DNA from: an uncultured Methylomirabilota bacterium
GTDB taxonomy: Bacteria; Methylomirabilota; Methylomirabilia; Methylomirabilales; 2-02-FULL-66-22
DNA: 64,000 nucleotides
Direction: 5' to 3'
Assembly (NCBI GenBank): GCA_963845565.1
Contig: CAWJSJ010000003.1
Coordinates: forward strand, 64,001 to 128,000
Under the pieces are notes generated by a model. The model saw only the letters and a list, made by a program, of their open reading frames with translations. It did not search any database and was not told the DNA's origin. This document shows positions 50,661 through 60,956 of the stretch, piece by piece. Numbering within the stretch: position 1 is the first letter of the stretch; each line of letters begins with the position of its first letter. The translations under genes were made by a program, and so were the position numbers.

Positions 50661-51680
50661 TCAAGGTCGGGCGGCGGATGCCACGAGGGCCCGGAGCAGT
50701 GCCAGAAGCGCGGCTTGGACGGCGAGCCCGGTGCCGTCCACGGTGGGAACCCGCTTCCGCGTGGCGCCGTCCACGGCGCCGGCCCGCACGATGCGCCGGA
50801 GCATGCGCGCCTCGCTCTGCGGGCGGTGCAGGAGACCGGGGCGCCCGAGGTAGGCGGCCAGGGCGGCCGTCACCGCGTGCGCCCCCCAGTTGGAGGCAAA
50901 GGCCACCACCGGCTTCCGGGCCCGCACGGCACAGGCGATCCCGCCTCGACACGGACAGGCGCAGCGCGCCGTCCGCATGAGCAGACCGCCCATACCGATC
51001 TCGTTTCCCCGATCGCCGATCCCGATGGTGAGCACGCCGTGCCGGTGGGCCGGCGGGAACAGGAGGTCGGTACGCGCCTGGTGGGCAGTGACGTCCTCCC
51101 CGCGCATGGTGTGCACCACGCCCCGGCGGTTCGGTCCGAGCTTCTCGATGCTGATCACGGCGGCGGGCCGGTGGCCCGCGAACAGCCGCCGCACCACTCC
51201 GGCCGCCGGCGCCGGATCGCTGGGGAAGGCCTGCAGGTGCAGGCGGGGGCGCCAGTCCGTGCCGTCCCCCTCCGAGGTTGCCAGGGCCTCGACCCCTTCG
51301 GCGAGAACGGGGACGACGCTCGACTCCGTCAGGACCGACGCCTCCACGCCCAGCCCCAGGATCAATGCCCGGGCCAGGGCCAGCGTGCCCGGCGGCCCGT
51401 CAGTTTCCCCGCAGGGGATGTGCGGCGTGACCAGGCCGGTGGTGAGGAGAACCCGGCTGCCGGGCCGCAGACGGGCGAGCAGGGCCCGGGCGGCCCCGTC
51501 GGCGAGCGGGCCACCCTCGACTCGCCGCGCTGCGCGGTACAAGGCCTCGAACGACAGGCGAGGGCCGACGGGACGTTGCGCGGCGTCCCGCTCCCACGGA
51601 ACGGTGGGCGTCAACCGGAGCAGGAGGTCCAGCGACTCGGCAAACCCGACCATGACGGGGGGCGACGATGCGGCGGTCAC
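50661..51680 (-). CDS. DUF4392 / D-glutamate cyclase-like protein
   Basis: TTG, ETDGPPG, IEK.G, GIGD.GNEIGMG and SNWG motifs. Confidence 0.85.
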   Translation of the reverse strand: MTAASSPPVMVGFAESLDLLLRLTPTVPWERDAAQRPVGPRLSFEALYRAARRVEGGPLADGAARALLARLRPGSRVLLTTGLVTPHIPCGETDGPPGTLALARALILGLGVEASVLTESSVVPVLAEGVEALATSEGDGTDWRPRLHLQAFPSDPAPAAGVVRRLFAGHRPAAVISIEKLGPNRRGVVHTMRGEDVTAHQARTDLLFPPAHRHGVLTIGIGDRGNEIGMGGLLMRTARCACPCRGGIACAVRARKPVVAFASNWGAHAVTAALAAYLGRPGLLHRPQSEARMLRRIVRAGAVDGATRKRVPTVDGTGLAVQAALLALLRALVASAARP

Positions 51681-52102
51681 CGGACCGTGAGGCGCGCGCG
51701 GAGGCGGTTACTGGTGTTGCCCTGTTTGTTGACGACCTGGAACTCGACCCAGCGCACCCCTTCGGTTGCCCAGCGCACGGGAACCTCGGCCACGCCGGCC
51801 ACCTGGCCCGAGTACTGGCTGAGGTCTATGGTGATGCGTTGCAGGGCGGTGAAGAACTGGAACTGCGCAAACCCTTGTTCGAGCAGGAACCCCTCATCGA
51901 GATCCGCCGATCCCACCTCGAAGTAAAAGCTCATCCGGGCCGTTCCGCCGACCGGGATCGTCTCCGGCTCGAACCGCAGATTGGCGATCCGGGGCACCCC
52001 GGGTCCGGGCGGGGTCTCGGAGGAACCGAAGGTTGCGCACCCCGACAAGACAACGGCGAGACCGAGGAGCATGGCAGTGCCGATACCGTGAACTCTCACC
52101 AC
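51677..52102 (-). CDS. Hypothetical lipoprotein (beta-rich)
   Basis: Lipobox LSG-C; GGAG RBS. Confidence 0.75.
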   Translation of the reverse strand: MVRVHGIGTAMLLGLAVVLSGCATFGSSETPPGPGVPRIANLRFEPETIPVGGTARMSFYFEVGSADLDEGFLLEQGFAQFQFFTALQRITIDLSQYSGQVAGVAEVPVRWATEGVRWVEFQVVNKQGNTSNRLRARLTVR

Positions 52103-52301
52103 GTTTCCACTCCTTCAGACACCGGCGGTCGCACATCCCGTGCTGCTTGACGTACACGCCGCGCCTCGTCCGCCGCCATCCTCGGAGCCGGCTGTCCGCC
52201 ATATCACCGCGGGCAGTATACCACGCACGCCGCGGCCGCTCCACGCTCTTTTCACGCGAGGCCTCCGCTCCCGGCTCCCGTATCCCTGCGATACGACGAC
52301 G

Positions 52302-54095
52302 CTAGCAGAGATCCGACATCCCGCCCGCGTCGCTCCACAGGCTGAGATCCGTCAGGGTCGCATCCAGCTTCAAAAGGTCCCCTTCGAGCGTGCGGGCAGC
52401 CGCTTGCGCCTCCGCGGTGGCCAGCGCCTGGAACCGCACGTGATCGCCCGGCCGCACCTGCGCGAGCTTGGGGATATCCGGACCGATCACCGTGGCGATC
52501 TTGGTATAGCCGCCCGTGGTCTGCCGATCCGCCAGCAGGATAATCGGCTTCCCGTTTCCCGGAACCTGGATGCCGCCCAGGGGAATCCAGTCGGAAATGA
52601 TATCGGCGGCTCCGGTATGTTCGATGGCCGGCCCCTCCAGACGACACCCCATCCGGTCCGACGACGGCGTCACCTCGTAGCTCGCCTCCAGGAACGTGCG
52701 CCGACCGGCCTCGGTGAAGGCGTCGTCTTGCGGCCCCAGGACCACCCGGATCGTCTGCGGCGATGCGAAGGTGGGCCGCCAGGTGCCCGGTACGGTCCGG
52801 CCCGCCCAGCGGGCGGGAGACCCGATGATGGGCCCCACGGACAGGACGTCCCCGTCACAGAGCGGGCGCCCCTCGGTACCTCCGAACCCCGCCGCCAGGC
52901 TGGTGGAGCGACTCCCCAACCGCACGGGAACATCGATCCCGCCCCCGGCAGCCAGGTAGGCGCGCATGCCCCGGGTGCAGTGGCGGATGTCCAGGGTCTG
53001 CCCGGCCCTCGCCAGGAAAGCCTGATACCAGGGAACCGGTCGGCCATCCAGCTCCGCGGCGACCTCGGCCCCGGTCAAGGCCAGCGACACGTCCGCTCTG
53101 AACCGGATCTCCGGACCGAGGAAGCTAATCTCCAGCGCGGCGGCGTTCTGGGCGTTCCCCACCAGGATGTTCCCGACCCGGAGCGCCACCTCGTCCATCG
53201 CCCCGCTCACGGTCACGCCGAACTTCTGGCACCCGACACGACCCCGGTCCTGCACCGTCGTGAGCGGGCCCGCCCGAAGGATCTCCAGCGCCTGGCGCGA
53301 GGAAAGCGGCGACTGGGCGACTGGGCGACTGGGCGATTCGGAGCCCCCCGGATGCCCGCTTGCCTGATTGCCTACGTGCCTATCTGCCCGCTGCCCGCTG
53401 CCCGCTGCCGTCCGGTACTCCCGCTCCAGCCGATCATACTCCTCCCGCCCGACGGCCACGAACCGCACCGTGTCCCCGGCCACCATCGGGGTCGGCGGAT
53501 CTTGGGCGGGATCGAACAGGGGCACGGGCGTCCGCCCGATCAGGCGCCATCCCCCGGGCGTCTCCGCCGAGTAGGCTCCGGTCTGGCTCCCGCCGATCCC
53601 CACCGCCCCCCGCGGCGTCTTGGTCCGCGGCGAAGGAAGCCGCGGCGTGTGGAGCTGCTCCGGCAGGCCACCCAGGTAGGCGAACCCCGCCGTGAAGCCG
53701 ATCATGTGAACGTGATACGGCGTCTGGCTATGCAGCCGGATCACCTCGGCCTCACTGAGCTTGGTGTGCTCGGCCACGAACGGCAGATCGGGGCCGAACT
53801 CGCCCCCGTAACAGGTGGGCAGCGTCACCACCTTGGGGGCCGGTAGCCGGCTCGGGTCCAGGGTGGCCAGGGTGGACTGGATGTGCGCCTTCAACTCGTC
53901 GAGGCCGAGCCGCGTCGGGTCGAACTGGATCCCCAGAGAGCGGTACGTCGGCACGACTTCCACCAGACCGGGCATCCCGGACGCCGTCAAGGCGATCGCG
54001 AGCGCGCGGACCTGATTGTTGACGTCGACGGTGACCGTCGTTCCAAACTCGACTACAACACCCCGATCGCCGGCCGGCAGGAATCGCGCAGTCAT
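52302..54095 (-). CDS. pxpBC: 5-oxoprolinase subunits B and C fusion
   Basis: PxpB motifs (AGD, IGF.AGF.YL, PGGWRLIGRT) and PxpC motifs (TTVQDRGR, SDRMG.RL, DRQTTGGY) in one frame. Confidence 0.9.
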   Translation of the reverse strand: MTARFLPAGDRGVVVEFGTTVTVDVNNQVRALAIALTASGMPGLVEVVPTYRSLGIQFDPTRLGLDELKAHIQSTLATLDPSRLPAPKVVTLPTCYGGEFGPDLPFVAEHTKLSEAEVIRLHSQTPYHVHMIGFTAGFAYLGGLPEQLHTPRLPSPRTKTPRGAVGIGGSQTGAYSAETPGGWRLIGRTPVPLFDPAQDPPTPMVAGDTVRFVAVGREEYDRLEREYRTAAGSGQRADRHVGNQASGHPGGSESPSRPVAQSPLSSRQALEILRAGPLTTVQDRGRVGCQKFGVTVSGAMDEVALRVGNILVGNAQNAAALEISFLGPEIRFRADVSLALTGAEVAAELDGRPVPWYQAFLARAGQTLDIRHCTRGMRAYLAAGGGIDVPVRLGSRSTSLAAGFGGTEGRPLCDGDVLSVGPIIGSPARWAGRTVPGTWRPTFASPQTIRVVLGPQDDAFTEAGRRTFLEASYEVTPSSDRMGCRLEGPAIEHTGAADIISDWIPLGGIQVPGNGKPIILLADRQTTGGYTKIATVIGPDIPKLAQVRPGDHVRFQALATAEAQAAARTLEGDLLKLDATLTDLSLWSDAGGMSDLC

Positions 54096-54424
54096 CGCTC
54101 CATCGCTCCCGTTCTCGTCTCCGTGTGCCAGAGGTCCTCGCACCAACGCGACCGGCGTATCTTCTACCATACCCTCCGCGAAGTCGGCCAGTTCTTTCCG
54201 CCCCCCGTCGCCGGCGCCCGCACGCCCGCGCACAGTCGGCCGCCCATGGGAATCCCGACCGCCTGGGAAGATGCCTATACGCGTGGGAATCCGTGAAGGG
54301 GTCTCTTCGCCGATGCATTTCTTCAATTGCTGTTGACGCCCGCGTCCGGGGTGCGGGATACTCCCCGCCGTTCCGTGGATATGACCATCACCGAGCGGCA
54401 CGAGAAGCCGGAGGGGCGACGCGT

Positions 54425-55264
54425 ATGATGCGATCTGATGACCTGCGGGAACTGGAGCGGACCGCCTGGCGGCTGCGGCTGGAGCTGCTGCGGATGTTCG
54501 GCTTCGGCAAATTTCACCACTTCGGCGGTTCGTTCTCCTGCGCGGAACTGGTGACGGCGCTCTATTTTCACAAGATGCACTATTCCGCGGCGCTCCACGA
54601 CGCGCCGGAGCGGGACCGGTTCATCATGAGCAAGGGGCACACCGTGCCGGCCCAGTACGTGGCGCTCGCGATGCTGGGGGTCCTGCCGATGGAGGAGTTG
54701 CGCACAATCAAGCGGCTGGGCAGCCGACTGCAGGGCCACCCCGACATCCTGAAGACGCCGGGTCTCGAAGCGCCCACGGGATCGCTCGGACAAGGCCTCT
54801 CCTACGCCAACGGCATCGCGCTCGCGGCACGGCTCGACGGTCTGCGGTTCAACGTCTACGTGCTCATGGGTGACGGCGAGTTGCAGGAGGGGCAGCCCTG
54901 GGAGGCGGCGATGACGACCAGCCACAGCGGGCTGGGGAACGTCTGCGTCCTGGTCGACCGCAATGGCCACCAGAGCCAGGGCTGCGTTTCCGAGATCATG
55001 AACATCGAGCCGCTCGAAAGAAAATGGGAGGCCTTCGGCTGGGACGCCGTCCGCGTGGACGGCCACGACATGACCGCGGTCTGCGGCGCACTCGACCGCG
55101 TCGACGGGACAAGCCGGCGCCCGCTGGCCATCATCGCGGACACGGTGAAGGGCAAGGGGGTCAGCTTCATGGAGAACACCTTCAAATTCCACAACGCCAA
55201 CCTCACCGAGGCGCAGTTCCGTGCGGCCGAACAGGAGCTGCTGGCGCAGGTGGAGGGAAAGTGA
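54425..55264 (+). CDS. Transketolase N-terminal subunit
   Basis: RDRFIMSKGH, LQGHP, TGSLGQG, GDGELQEG (TPP motif) and KGKG. Confidence 0.93.
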   Translation: MMRSDDLRELERTAWRLRLELLRMFGFGKFHHFGGSFSCAELVTALYFHKMHYSAALHDAPERDRFIMSKGHTVPAQYVALAMLGVLPMEELRTIKRLGSRLQGHPDILKTPGLEAPTGSLGQGLSYANGIALAARLDGLRFNVYVLMGDGELQEGQPWEAAMTTSHSGLGNVCVLVDRNGHQSQGCVSEIMNIEPLERKWEAFGWDAVRVDGHDMTAVCGALDRVDGTSRRPLAIIADTVKGKGVSFMENTFKFHNANLTEAQFRAAEQELLAQVEGK

Positions 55265-55268
55265 CCTC

Positions 55269-56213
55269 ATGAGCACAGAACGGACACGCGAGACGCGGGA
55301 TGGGTACGGCGAGGGCCTGGTGCGGCTGGCGCACGCGCACACGGACGTCGTGGCCCTGGACTGCGACCTGGGCCGCTCCACGCGGGCGCACCGCATCACC
55401 GAGGCGGATGCCGCCCGGTTTTTCGACATGGGCATCGCCGAGCAGGACATGATCTCCACCGCGGCGGGTATGGCGAAGATGGGCAAGACCGTCTTCGTGA
55501 ACTCCTTCGCCGTGTTCGTCACCGGCCGGTCGTTCGACCAGATCCGTCAACAGGTCGCCCTGCCCCGTGCCAACGTCAAGGTCTGCGGATCCAGCGCGGG
55601 AATCACCCAGGGCCCGGATGGGGCGACGCACCAGTCGGTGGTGGATGTGGCCCTGATGCGCAGTTTGCCGAACATGACCGTGATCGTTCCGGCGGACGCC
55701 AGGCAGGCCGAGCAGGCCGTGGCGGCCGCGTACGAAAGGAAGGGGCCGGCCTACCTTCGCCTGTCGCGCTATCCCACGCCGGATTTCGTCCCGCCGGAAC
55801 GCAATTTCCGGATCGGCGAGGCGCAGGTGCTGCGCGAAGGGGACGACGTGTGCCTCTGCGGCTGCGGGCCGGTGCTGTGCAACGCCCTGGCGGCCGCAGA
55901 CCTGCTGGAGGCGGACGGCATCCGGGCCGGGGTCGTCAATTTCCACACGCTCAAACCGCTCGACGCCGAGGCCGTCGCTCGGTTGGCCGGGACGCACCGG
56001 CGGCTCGTCTCTGTCGAGGAACACAGCATATACGGCGGCCTCGGGAGCGCCCTGGCGGAAGTCCTCGCCGGGCGGGGTACGGGAACTCGCCTGCTGCCCC
56101 TCGGCGTCGCGGATACCTTCGGCGAGTCGGGCTCGGCGGACGAACTGCTGGCCAAGCACGGACTCGACGCCGCGGGAATCGCGGCGGCGGTGAAGCGACA
56201 CCTGGGGGCCTGA
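55269..56213 (+). CDS. Transketolase C-terminal subunit
   Basis: GIAEQ, DG.THQ, KPLD and EEH...GGLG motifs. Confidence 0.93.
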   Translation: MSTERTRETRDGYGEGLVRLAHAHTDVVALDCDLGRSTRAHRITEADAARFFDMGIAEQDMISTAAGMAKMGKTVFVNSFAVFVTGRSFDQIRQQVALPRANVKVCGSSAGITQGPDGATHQSVVDVALMRSLPNMTVIVPADARQAEQAVAAAYERKGPAYLRLSRYPTPDFVPPERNFRIGEAQVLREGDDVCLCGCGPVLCNALAAADLLEADGIRAGVVNFHTLKPLDAEAVARLAGTHRRLVSVEEHSIYGGLGSALAEVLAGRGTGTRLLPLGVADTFGESGSADELLAKHGLDAAGIAAAVKRHLGA

Positions 56214-56381
56214 CCCATTCCCCAGGCGAAATGACCGGGCGCGGACCGGCGAGACCAAGGAGCCGCGAGGACGGATAGCGCGCGCCCACCGCCATGGGCG
56301 ACGGGAAACCGGATTCCGTGGGAGCCGTCCGTCCTTTGATGCGCACGCGGCAATAACCTCAGACAGAGGAGCGACCGACCG

Positions 56382-57245
56382 ATGGACAACCCTGTCACCC
56401 AGCCGTTCGTTTCCCGATTACAGGGCAAGGCCGGGATCCTGACCGGCGGCAGCAGCGGTTTCGGATTCGAGATGGTCAAGGCCATCACGGCCCAGGGGGC
56501 CAATCTGGCGGTGTTCTCGGTGGACGATCTGCCCGCTGCCGGCCGGCAGGAACTCGACGCCCTCCGCCAGGCCGAGGCGGTCTACACGCGCAAGGACATC
56601 ATGGCGCCCGGCGCGGCCGACGAGATGGTGGACGAGACGGTCGGGCGCTTCGGCCGACTGGATTTCGTCATCGCCAACGCCGGCTTCGCCATCCGGTTCG
56701 AGGAGCCGCTCCTGGAGATGCCGGCCGAGAAGATTGCCCAGGCGATGCGGACGCAGTTCGAGGTCTTCCCGATTGCGTTTGCCACGCTGGCCCTGCGGGC
56801 CGCTCGCGCCATGGCGCCCCGCTACCGCGGCCTGGCCCCCAACGCCACCGGCCATCGCCCGGATTCCGGCGCCATCGTTGCGACCCTTTCGGTCGCGGCC
56901 CTCATCCCGTTGCGCGACGACCTCTTGGCCTACGCGGCGGCCAAGCGGGCCGGCCTGTCGGTCATGGAGAGCCTGGCCGCCACGCTGGGGCCGCTGAACA
57001 TCCGGGTCAACGCCATCGCTCCAGGCTTCGCCAACACCGCCGGCCCCCAGAAGTTCTACAGCCGCTTCCCCAACATCCGCGCCGACATCGAAGGGCGGTG
57101 CCACCTGGGCCCCTCGTTCCTGCACCCCGGCGCGGTGGTGTCTGCCGTGCTGTACCTGCTCACGGACAACTACGTCACGAGCCAGTGCATCGGCTTGGAC
57201 GGGGGATACACCAACAACACGTGCCGGTATTTCCAGGGGGAGTAG
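56382..57245 (+). CDS. SDR family oxidoreductase
   Basis: TGGSSGFG, NAG, YAAAK and RVNAIAPG motifs. Confidence 0.92.
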   Translation: MDNPVTQPFVSRLQGKAGILTGGSSGFGFEMVKAITAQGANLAVFSVDDLPAAGRQELDALRQAEAVYTRKDIMAPGAADEMVDETVGRFGRLDFVIANAGFAIRFEEPLLEMPAEKIAQAMRTQFEVFPIAFATLALRAARAMAPRYRGLAPNATGHRPDSGAIVATLSVAALIPLRDDLLAYAAAKRAGLSVMESLAATLGPLNIRVNAIAPGFANTAGPQKFYSRFPNIRADIEGRCHLGPSFLHPGAVVSAVLYLLTDNYVTSQCIGLDGGYTNNTCRYFQGE

Positions 57246-57325
57246 GCATGCACGGCGCACGCAGCGCCGCGGATCCCCCCGCGTCCCGATGATGCCCGCG
57301 ACCGGTGGGCTGGAGGAGAGCGCAC

Positions 57326-58564
57326 ATGTACCGCCCGGACAGCGTCTTCGAGTTCTCCCTGAACCAGTTCGTCAAGTTCGGCGCCGGCGCCTGCGCGGAG
57401 CTCGGCTACGAGGCGAAGAAGCTCGGCGGCAGCAAGGCCCTGATCGTCACGGATAAGGGGGTCGTGGGCGCCGGCATCCTGCAGAGCATCCTCCCCCCCC
57501 TGGAGCGCGAGGGGATCCCGTGCGCGGTGTTCGACGCCGTGATTCCGGAGCCGACGGACCACACCTTCTCCGAATGCCTGGCGTTTGCCAAGCAGGACAC
57601 CTACGACATCATCATCGGGGTGGGGGGCGGCAGCGCCATCGACGTGGCCAAGACCGTCGGGATTCTCCTGAAATACGGCGGCGACCTGCTGGACTATGTT
57701 GCGCCCCCCACCGGCCGGGGGAAGCCCATCCCCGGCATGGGCGTTCCGGTCATCGCCTGTCCCACCACGGCGGGAACCGGGGCCGAGGTCTCGCCGGCCG
57801 CCGTCATCTCCTTCAAAGAGTTGAAGCTCAAGGCGGGGATCTCGAGTCCGTATCAGCGGCCGACCCTGGCGCTGGTCGATCCGTGTCTGTGCATCAGTGT
57901 ACCGCCCAGGGTGACCGCCTTCACGGGCATGGACGCCCTGTGCCACGCCATCGAAAGCTATGTCACCAGGCAATACGACCGGAAGGCGATGCCGGACACC
58001 CCCGCCAAGCGACCGGTCTATGGCGGCTGCAATCCGTTGAGCGATGCGATTGCCCTGCGGGCCGTCCAGCTCGTTTCCACCTACCTGCGCCGGGCCTGCG
58101 ACAACGGCGAGGATCTGGAGGCACGCTGGGGCATGTCCCTGGGCAGCCTGATGGCCGGCATCGCCTTCACCAACTCTGGGCTGGGATTGGTCCATGCCAT
58201 CGCGCTCAGCCTCGGAGGGAAACATCCCATCTCGCACGGCGAGACGGTGGCCATCCTCCTGCCGGCCGTCATGGAGTACAATGCCCCCAGCAACTTCGCG
58301 AAGTTCGAGGAGATCGCCCGGATCATGGGCGAGGACACGGAAGGACTGTCGCGCATGGATGCGGCCGCGCTCGCCGTGCAGGCCGTCAAGCGGCTGGCGG
58401 CGGATATCGGCATCCCGTCGAGCCTGAAGGCCGTGGGAGTCGCCGAGGAGGACCTGGCCCTGATCGCCGAGGATACGTTGAAGGTGCAGCGCCTCTTGGT
58501 GGGGAATCCCCGCCGCGTCAGCACGGCGGCGCAGGTCGATTCGGTGTTGCGAAAGATCTTCTGA
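57326..58564 (+). CDS. Iron-containing alcohol dehydrogenase family (HOT-like)
   Basis: GGGSAID.AK, PTTAGTGAE, DAL.HA.ES, H..A and HG motifs. Confidence 0.92.
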   Translation: MYRPDSVFEFSLNQFVKFGAGACAELGYEAKKLGGSKALIVTDKGVVGAGILQSILPPLEREGIPCAVFDAVIPEPTDHTFSECLAFAKQDTYDIIIGVGGGSAIDVAKTVGILLKYGGDLLDYVAPPTGRGKPIPGMGVPVIACPTTAGTGAEVSPAAVISFKELKLKAGISSPYQRPTLALVDPCLCISVPPRVTAFTGMDALCHAIESYVTRQYDRKAMPDTPAKRPVYGGCNPLSDAIALRAVQLVSTYLRRACDNGEDLEARWGMSLGSLMAGIAFTNSGLGLVHAIALSLGGKHPISHGETVAILLPAVMEYNAPSNFAKFEEIARIMGEDTEGLSRMDAAALAVQAVKRLAADIGIPSSLKAVGVAEEDLALIAEDTLKVQRLLVGNPRRVSTAAQVDSVLRKIF

Positions 58565-58616
58565 TCGTCCGGCGGCTCGCCGCACGGGGCGCCGTGCGAT
58601 TCCGCCTGCCGCCCGG

Positions 58617-58935
58617 CTATCGTCCCCGGAGGATGCGCTGCGGCGTAGGTGAAGGCGTGGAAGTAGCGCCGCCAGGATTCGCGCTTGAGCCGTAGCGGTT
58701 GTCGAACCGAAGGAATCGGCCAGAACTTCCCGCAACCGGGTCAGTTCCCGAGACGCGCCCGATGCTCGGCATCGGCATGGTGAGGTCCAGGAGTTCCAGC
58801 GCCCGCTCGAACGCCCGGCCGGCGGACTCCGCATTTCCCTGTCGTCCCCCGCCACCCAGAGCGAACTTCGCCTTCCTGCGACATGGGCAAGCTGGTCCGG
58901 AGTGGAACGTGAACGCTCGTCCAGTCTGCCGGCAT
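58617..58935 (-). pseudogene. Frameshifted remnant of a small helical hypothetical protein
   Basis: Fragments in alternating frames: QLAHV / RAFERALELLDLT / RELTRLREVLADSF / DNRYGSS / WRRYFHAFTYAAA. Confidence 0.55.
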
Positions 58936-58939
58936 CCCG

Positions 58940-59129
58940 TGTTCGTTGTCACCCCTTCAGCCAGGTTGGCCTGGATCTCTCGCCGAATTCTGCCGGCCAG
59001 CCACCACGTGTCGTTGATGTCCTCCGGCTCCTCGAGATCCGGTGGGAGCGCCGCCACGAGAGAGATCCGGCACTCGGCACACGTGCCGACGCCTTCCACG
59101 TACTCGGCCTTGCACGCGGGACACCACAT
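58940..59129 (-). pseudogene. Truncated Zn-ribbon (DUF2007-like) protein
   Basis: GGAGG RBS; MWCPACKAEY...CAEC N-terminus; reading appears to degenerate after QANLAEG. Confidence 0.5.
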
Positions 59130-59371
59130 GGTTTCACCTCCGGGTGGAGGCCTGGCCGCGGGTCCCCGACCGACGGAGCCCCACCACCAGGACCGGACCG
59201 CGCCTGCTCGCCGGACGCTCGGCTCGGACCCATTAGACCGGATCGAGGGACATTCCGCAGCCGTCGCGAGAGGTCGTCGTGTCGCGCGTCGGCCGCGGTG
59301 GGAATCTCGATCCGCGGAGACGTGGTCGGAGGGACAAACGCAGAGGTGGGTGAACTCGATGATCCCTGGAA

Positions 59372-60148
59372 TCAGGCGCGCGCCAGAAACTCGCCCAGGG
59401 GACGCACCTGCACCCCAGCCGCGTCCAGCGCCTCGCGCACGGCCTTCGCGATCATGCCGGCCCCGGGCGTGTCCCCGTGCAGGCAGATGGTGTCGGCGTG
59501 CAGGCGGATCTCCGTGCCGGTGATCGCCGTCACGGTCCCCTTGGCCAATCCGATGACTCGCGCGGCGACCCGATCCGGATCCGTGATGAGCGAACCGGAA
59601 ATCTTGCGCGCCACCAGGCTCCCATCCTCGTTGTACGCCCGGTCCCCGAAGGCCTCGCCCGCCACGCGCACGCCAACCTCCTGCGCCGCCCGAAGCATCT
59701 CGGAACCCGGCAGGCCCATCAGAATCAGGTCACCGCCGGCGTCTTTCACCCCCTCGGCGATGCCGAGAGACAGCTCCCGATCCTTGGCCGCCACGTTGTA
59801 GATCGCCCCGTGCGGCTTGACGTGTTGAAGCCGCAACCCGGCCGCCTCCACGAAGGCGCGGAGCGCCCCGATCTGGTACAGCATGTAGTCCCGGGCCTCC
59901 TGGCGGGTGATCTGCATGACCCGGCGGCCGAAGCCGAGGAGATCCGGATAGCTGGGATGGGCGCCCACCGCCACCCCCAGGGCCTTCGCCCGCGCAACCG
60001 TCTGCCGCATCACGTGCGGGTCGCCGCCATGCCAGCCACAGGCCACGTTGGCCGATGTCACCCACTTGAGAATTTCCTCGTCGGCGCCAATACTGTACGC
60101 GCCGAACGACTCTCCCATGTCGCTGTTCAGGTCGATCTGCATCGCCAC
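59372..60148 (-). CDS. pxpA: 5-oxoprolinase subunit A (LamB/YcsF)
   Basis: IDLNSDMGE, ANVACG.H, GAHP, VKPHGA.YN, DRAY and CLHGD motifs. Confidence 0.96.
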   Translation of the reverse strand: MAMQIDLNSDMGESFGAYSIGADEEILKWVTSANVACGWHGGDPHVMRQTVARAKALGVAVGAHPSYPDLLGFGRRVMQITRQEARDYMLYQIGALRAFVEAAGLRLQHVKPHGAIYNVAAKDRELSLGIAEGVKDAGGDLILMGLPGSEMLRAAQEVGVRVAGEAFGDRAYNEDGSLVARKISGSLITDPDRVAARVIGLAKGTVTAITGTEIRLHADTICLHGDTPGAGMIAKAVREALDAAGVQVRPLGEFLARA

Positions 60149-60248
60149 GCTCCGCTTTCGCTTGGCCGCCCGGCAGCCCGGCGGCCCCGTCCCTGTCGCT
60201 GTCGCTGTCTCTGTCGCCCCGTCCCCTGTTCCTGTCGCGCTTGTCTTC

Positions 60249-60953
60249 CTAGATCCCCAGGTACACCTTGCGAACCATCTCCGACTCCAGGAGTTCCTGG
60301 GCCAGGCCGGACACCACCATGCGGCCGCTCTCCAGCAGGTAGCCGCGGTGGGACGCGCCCAGGGCCAACTGGACGTTCTGCTCGATGAAGAGGACGGTTA
60401 CGCCGGCGGCATTGATCTTCGCGATAATCTCCACGATCTTCTGCACGATGATCGGGGCGAGTCCCAGGAAGGGCTCGTCCACCATCAGGAATCGCGGGCG
60501 CGACATCAGCCCGCGCGCGATGGCCGCCATCTGCTGCTCGCCGCCGGACAGACTATAGGCGAGCTGGTTCCGCCGCTCCCGCAGGATGGGAAACAGCTCG
60601 AAGACCCACTCCAGGCTTCCTGCCCGCTGCGCACGCGCCCGGGGCTGGTAGCTCCCGAGCAGTAGATTCTTCTCGACGGTCAGATAGGGGAACAGGCGGC
60701 GCTGCTCCATGACCTGCGAGAGTCCTCGCGTCACGATCTCGTGCGTGGGCAGACCGTCGATCCGTTCGCCGCAAAACTCCACGCGCCCTCCGGACGGCTT
60801 GACCAGCCCGGAGACGGCGCTGATCAGCGTGCTCTTCCCGGCGCCGTTGGGGCCGAGCAGGCAGACCACCTCCCCCTCCCGGACGTCGAGCGACACCCCC
60901 CAGAGCGCCTGGAAGTCCCCGTACTTCACTTCCAGATCCTGCACGTGCAGCAC
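60249..60953 (-). CDS. livF: Branched-chain amino acid-type ABC transporter ATPase
   Basis: GPNGAGKST, LSGGEQQM and EQN motifs. Confidence 0.92.
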   Translation of the reverse strand: MLHVQDLEVKYGDFQALWGVSLDVREGEVVCLLGPNGAGKSTLISAVSGLVKPSGGRVEFCGERIDGLPTHEIVTRGLSQVMEQRRLFPYLTVEKNLLLGSYQPRARAQRAGSLEWVFELFPILRERRNQLAYSLSGGEQQMAAIARGLMSRPRFLMVDEPFLGLAPIIVQKIVEIIAKINAAGVTVLFIEQNVQLALGASHRGYLLESGRMVVSGLAQELLESEMVRKVYLGI

Positions 60954-60956
60954 GGG

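Noticed and set aside
58617..59129. Intact 170-aa protein as given in the ORF track
   Set aside because: Appears to be a chance read-through of two unrelated gene remnants that switch frames
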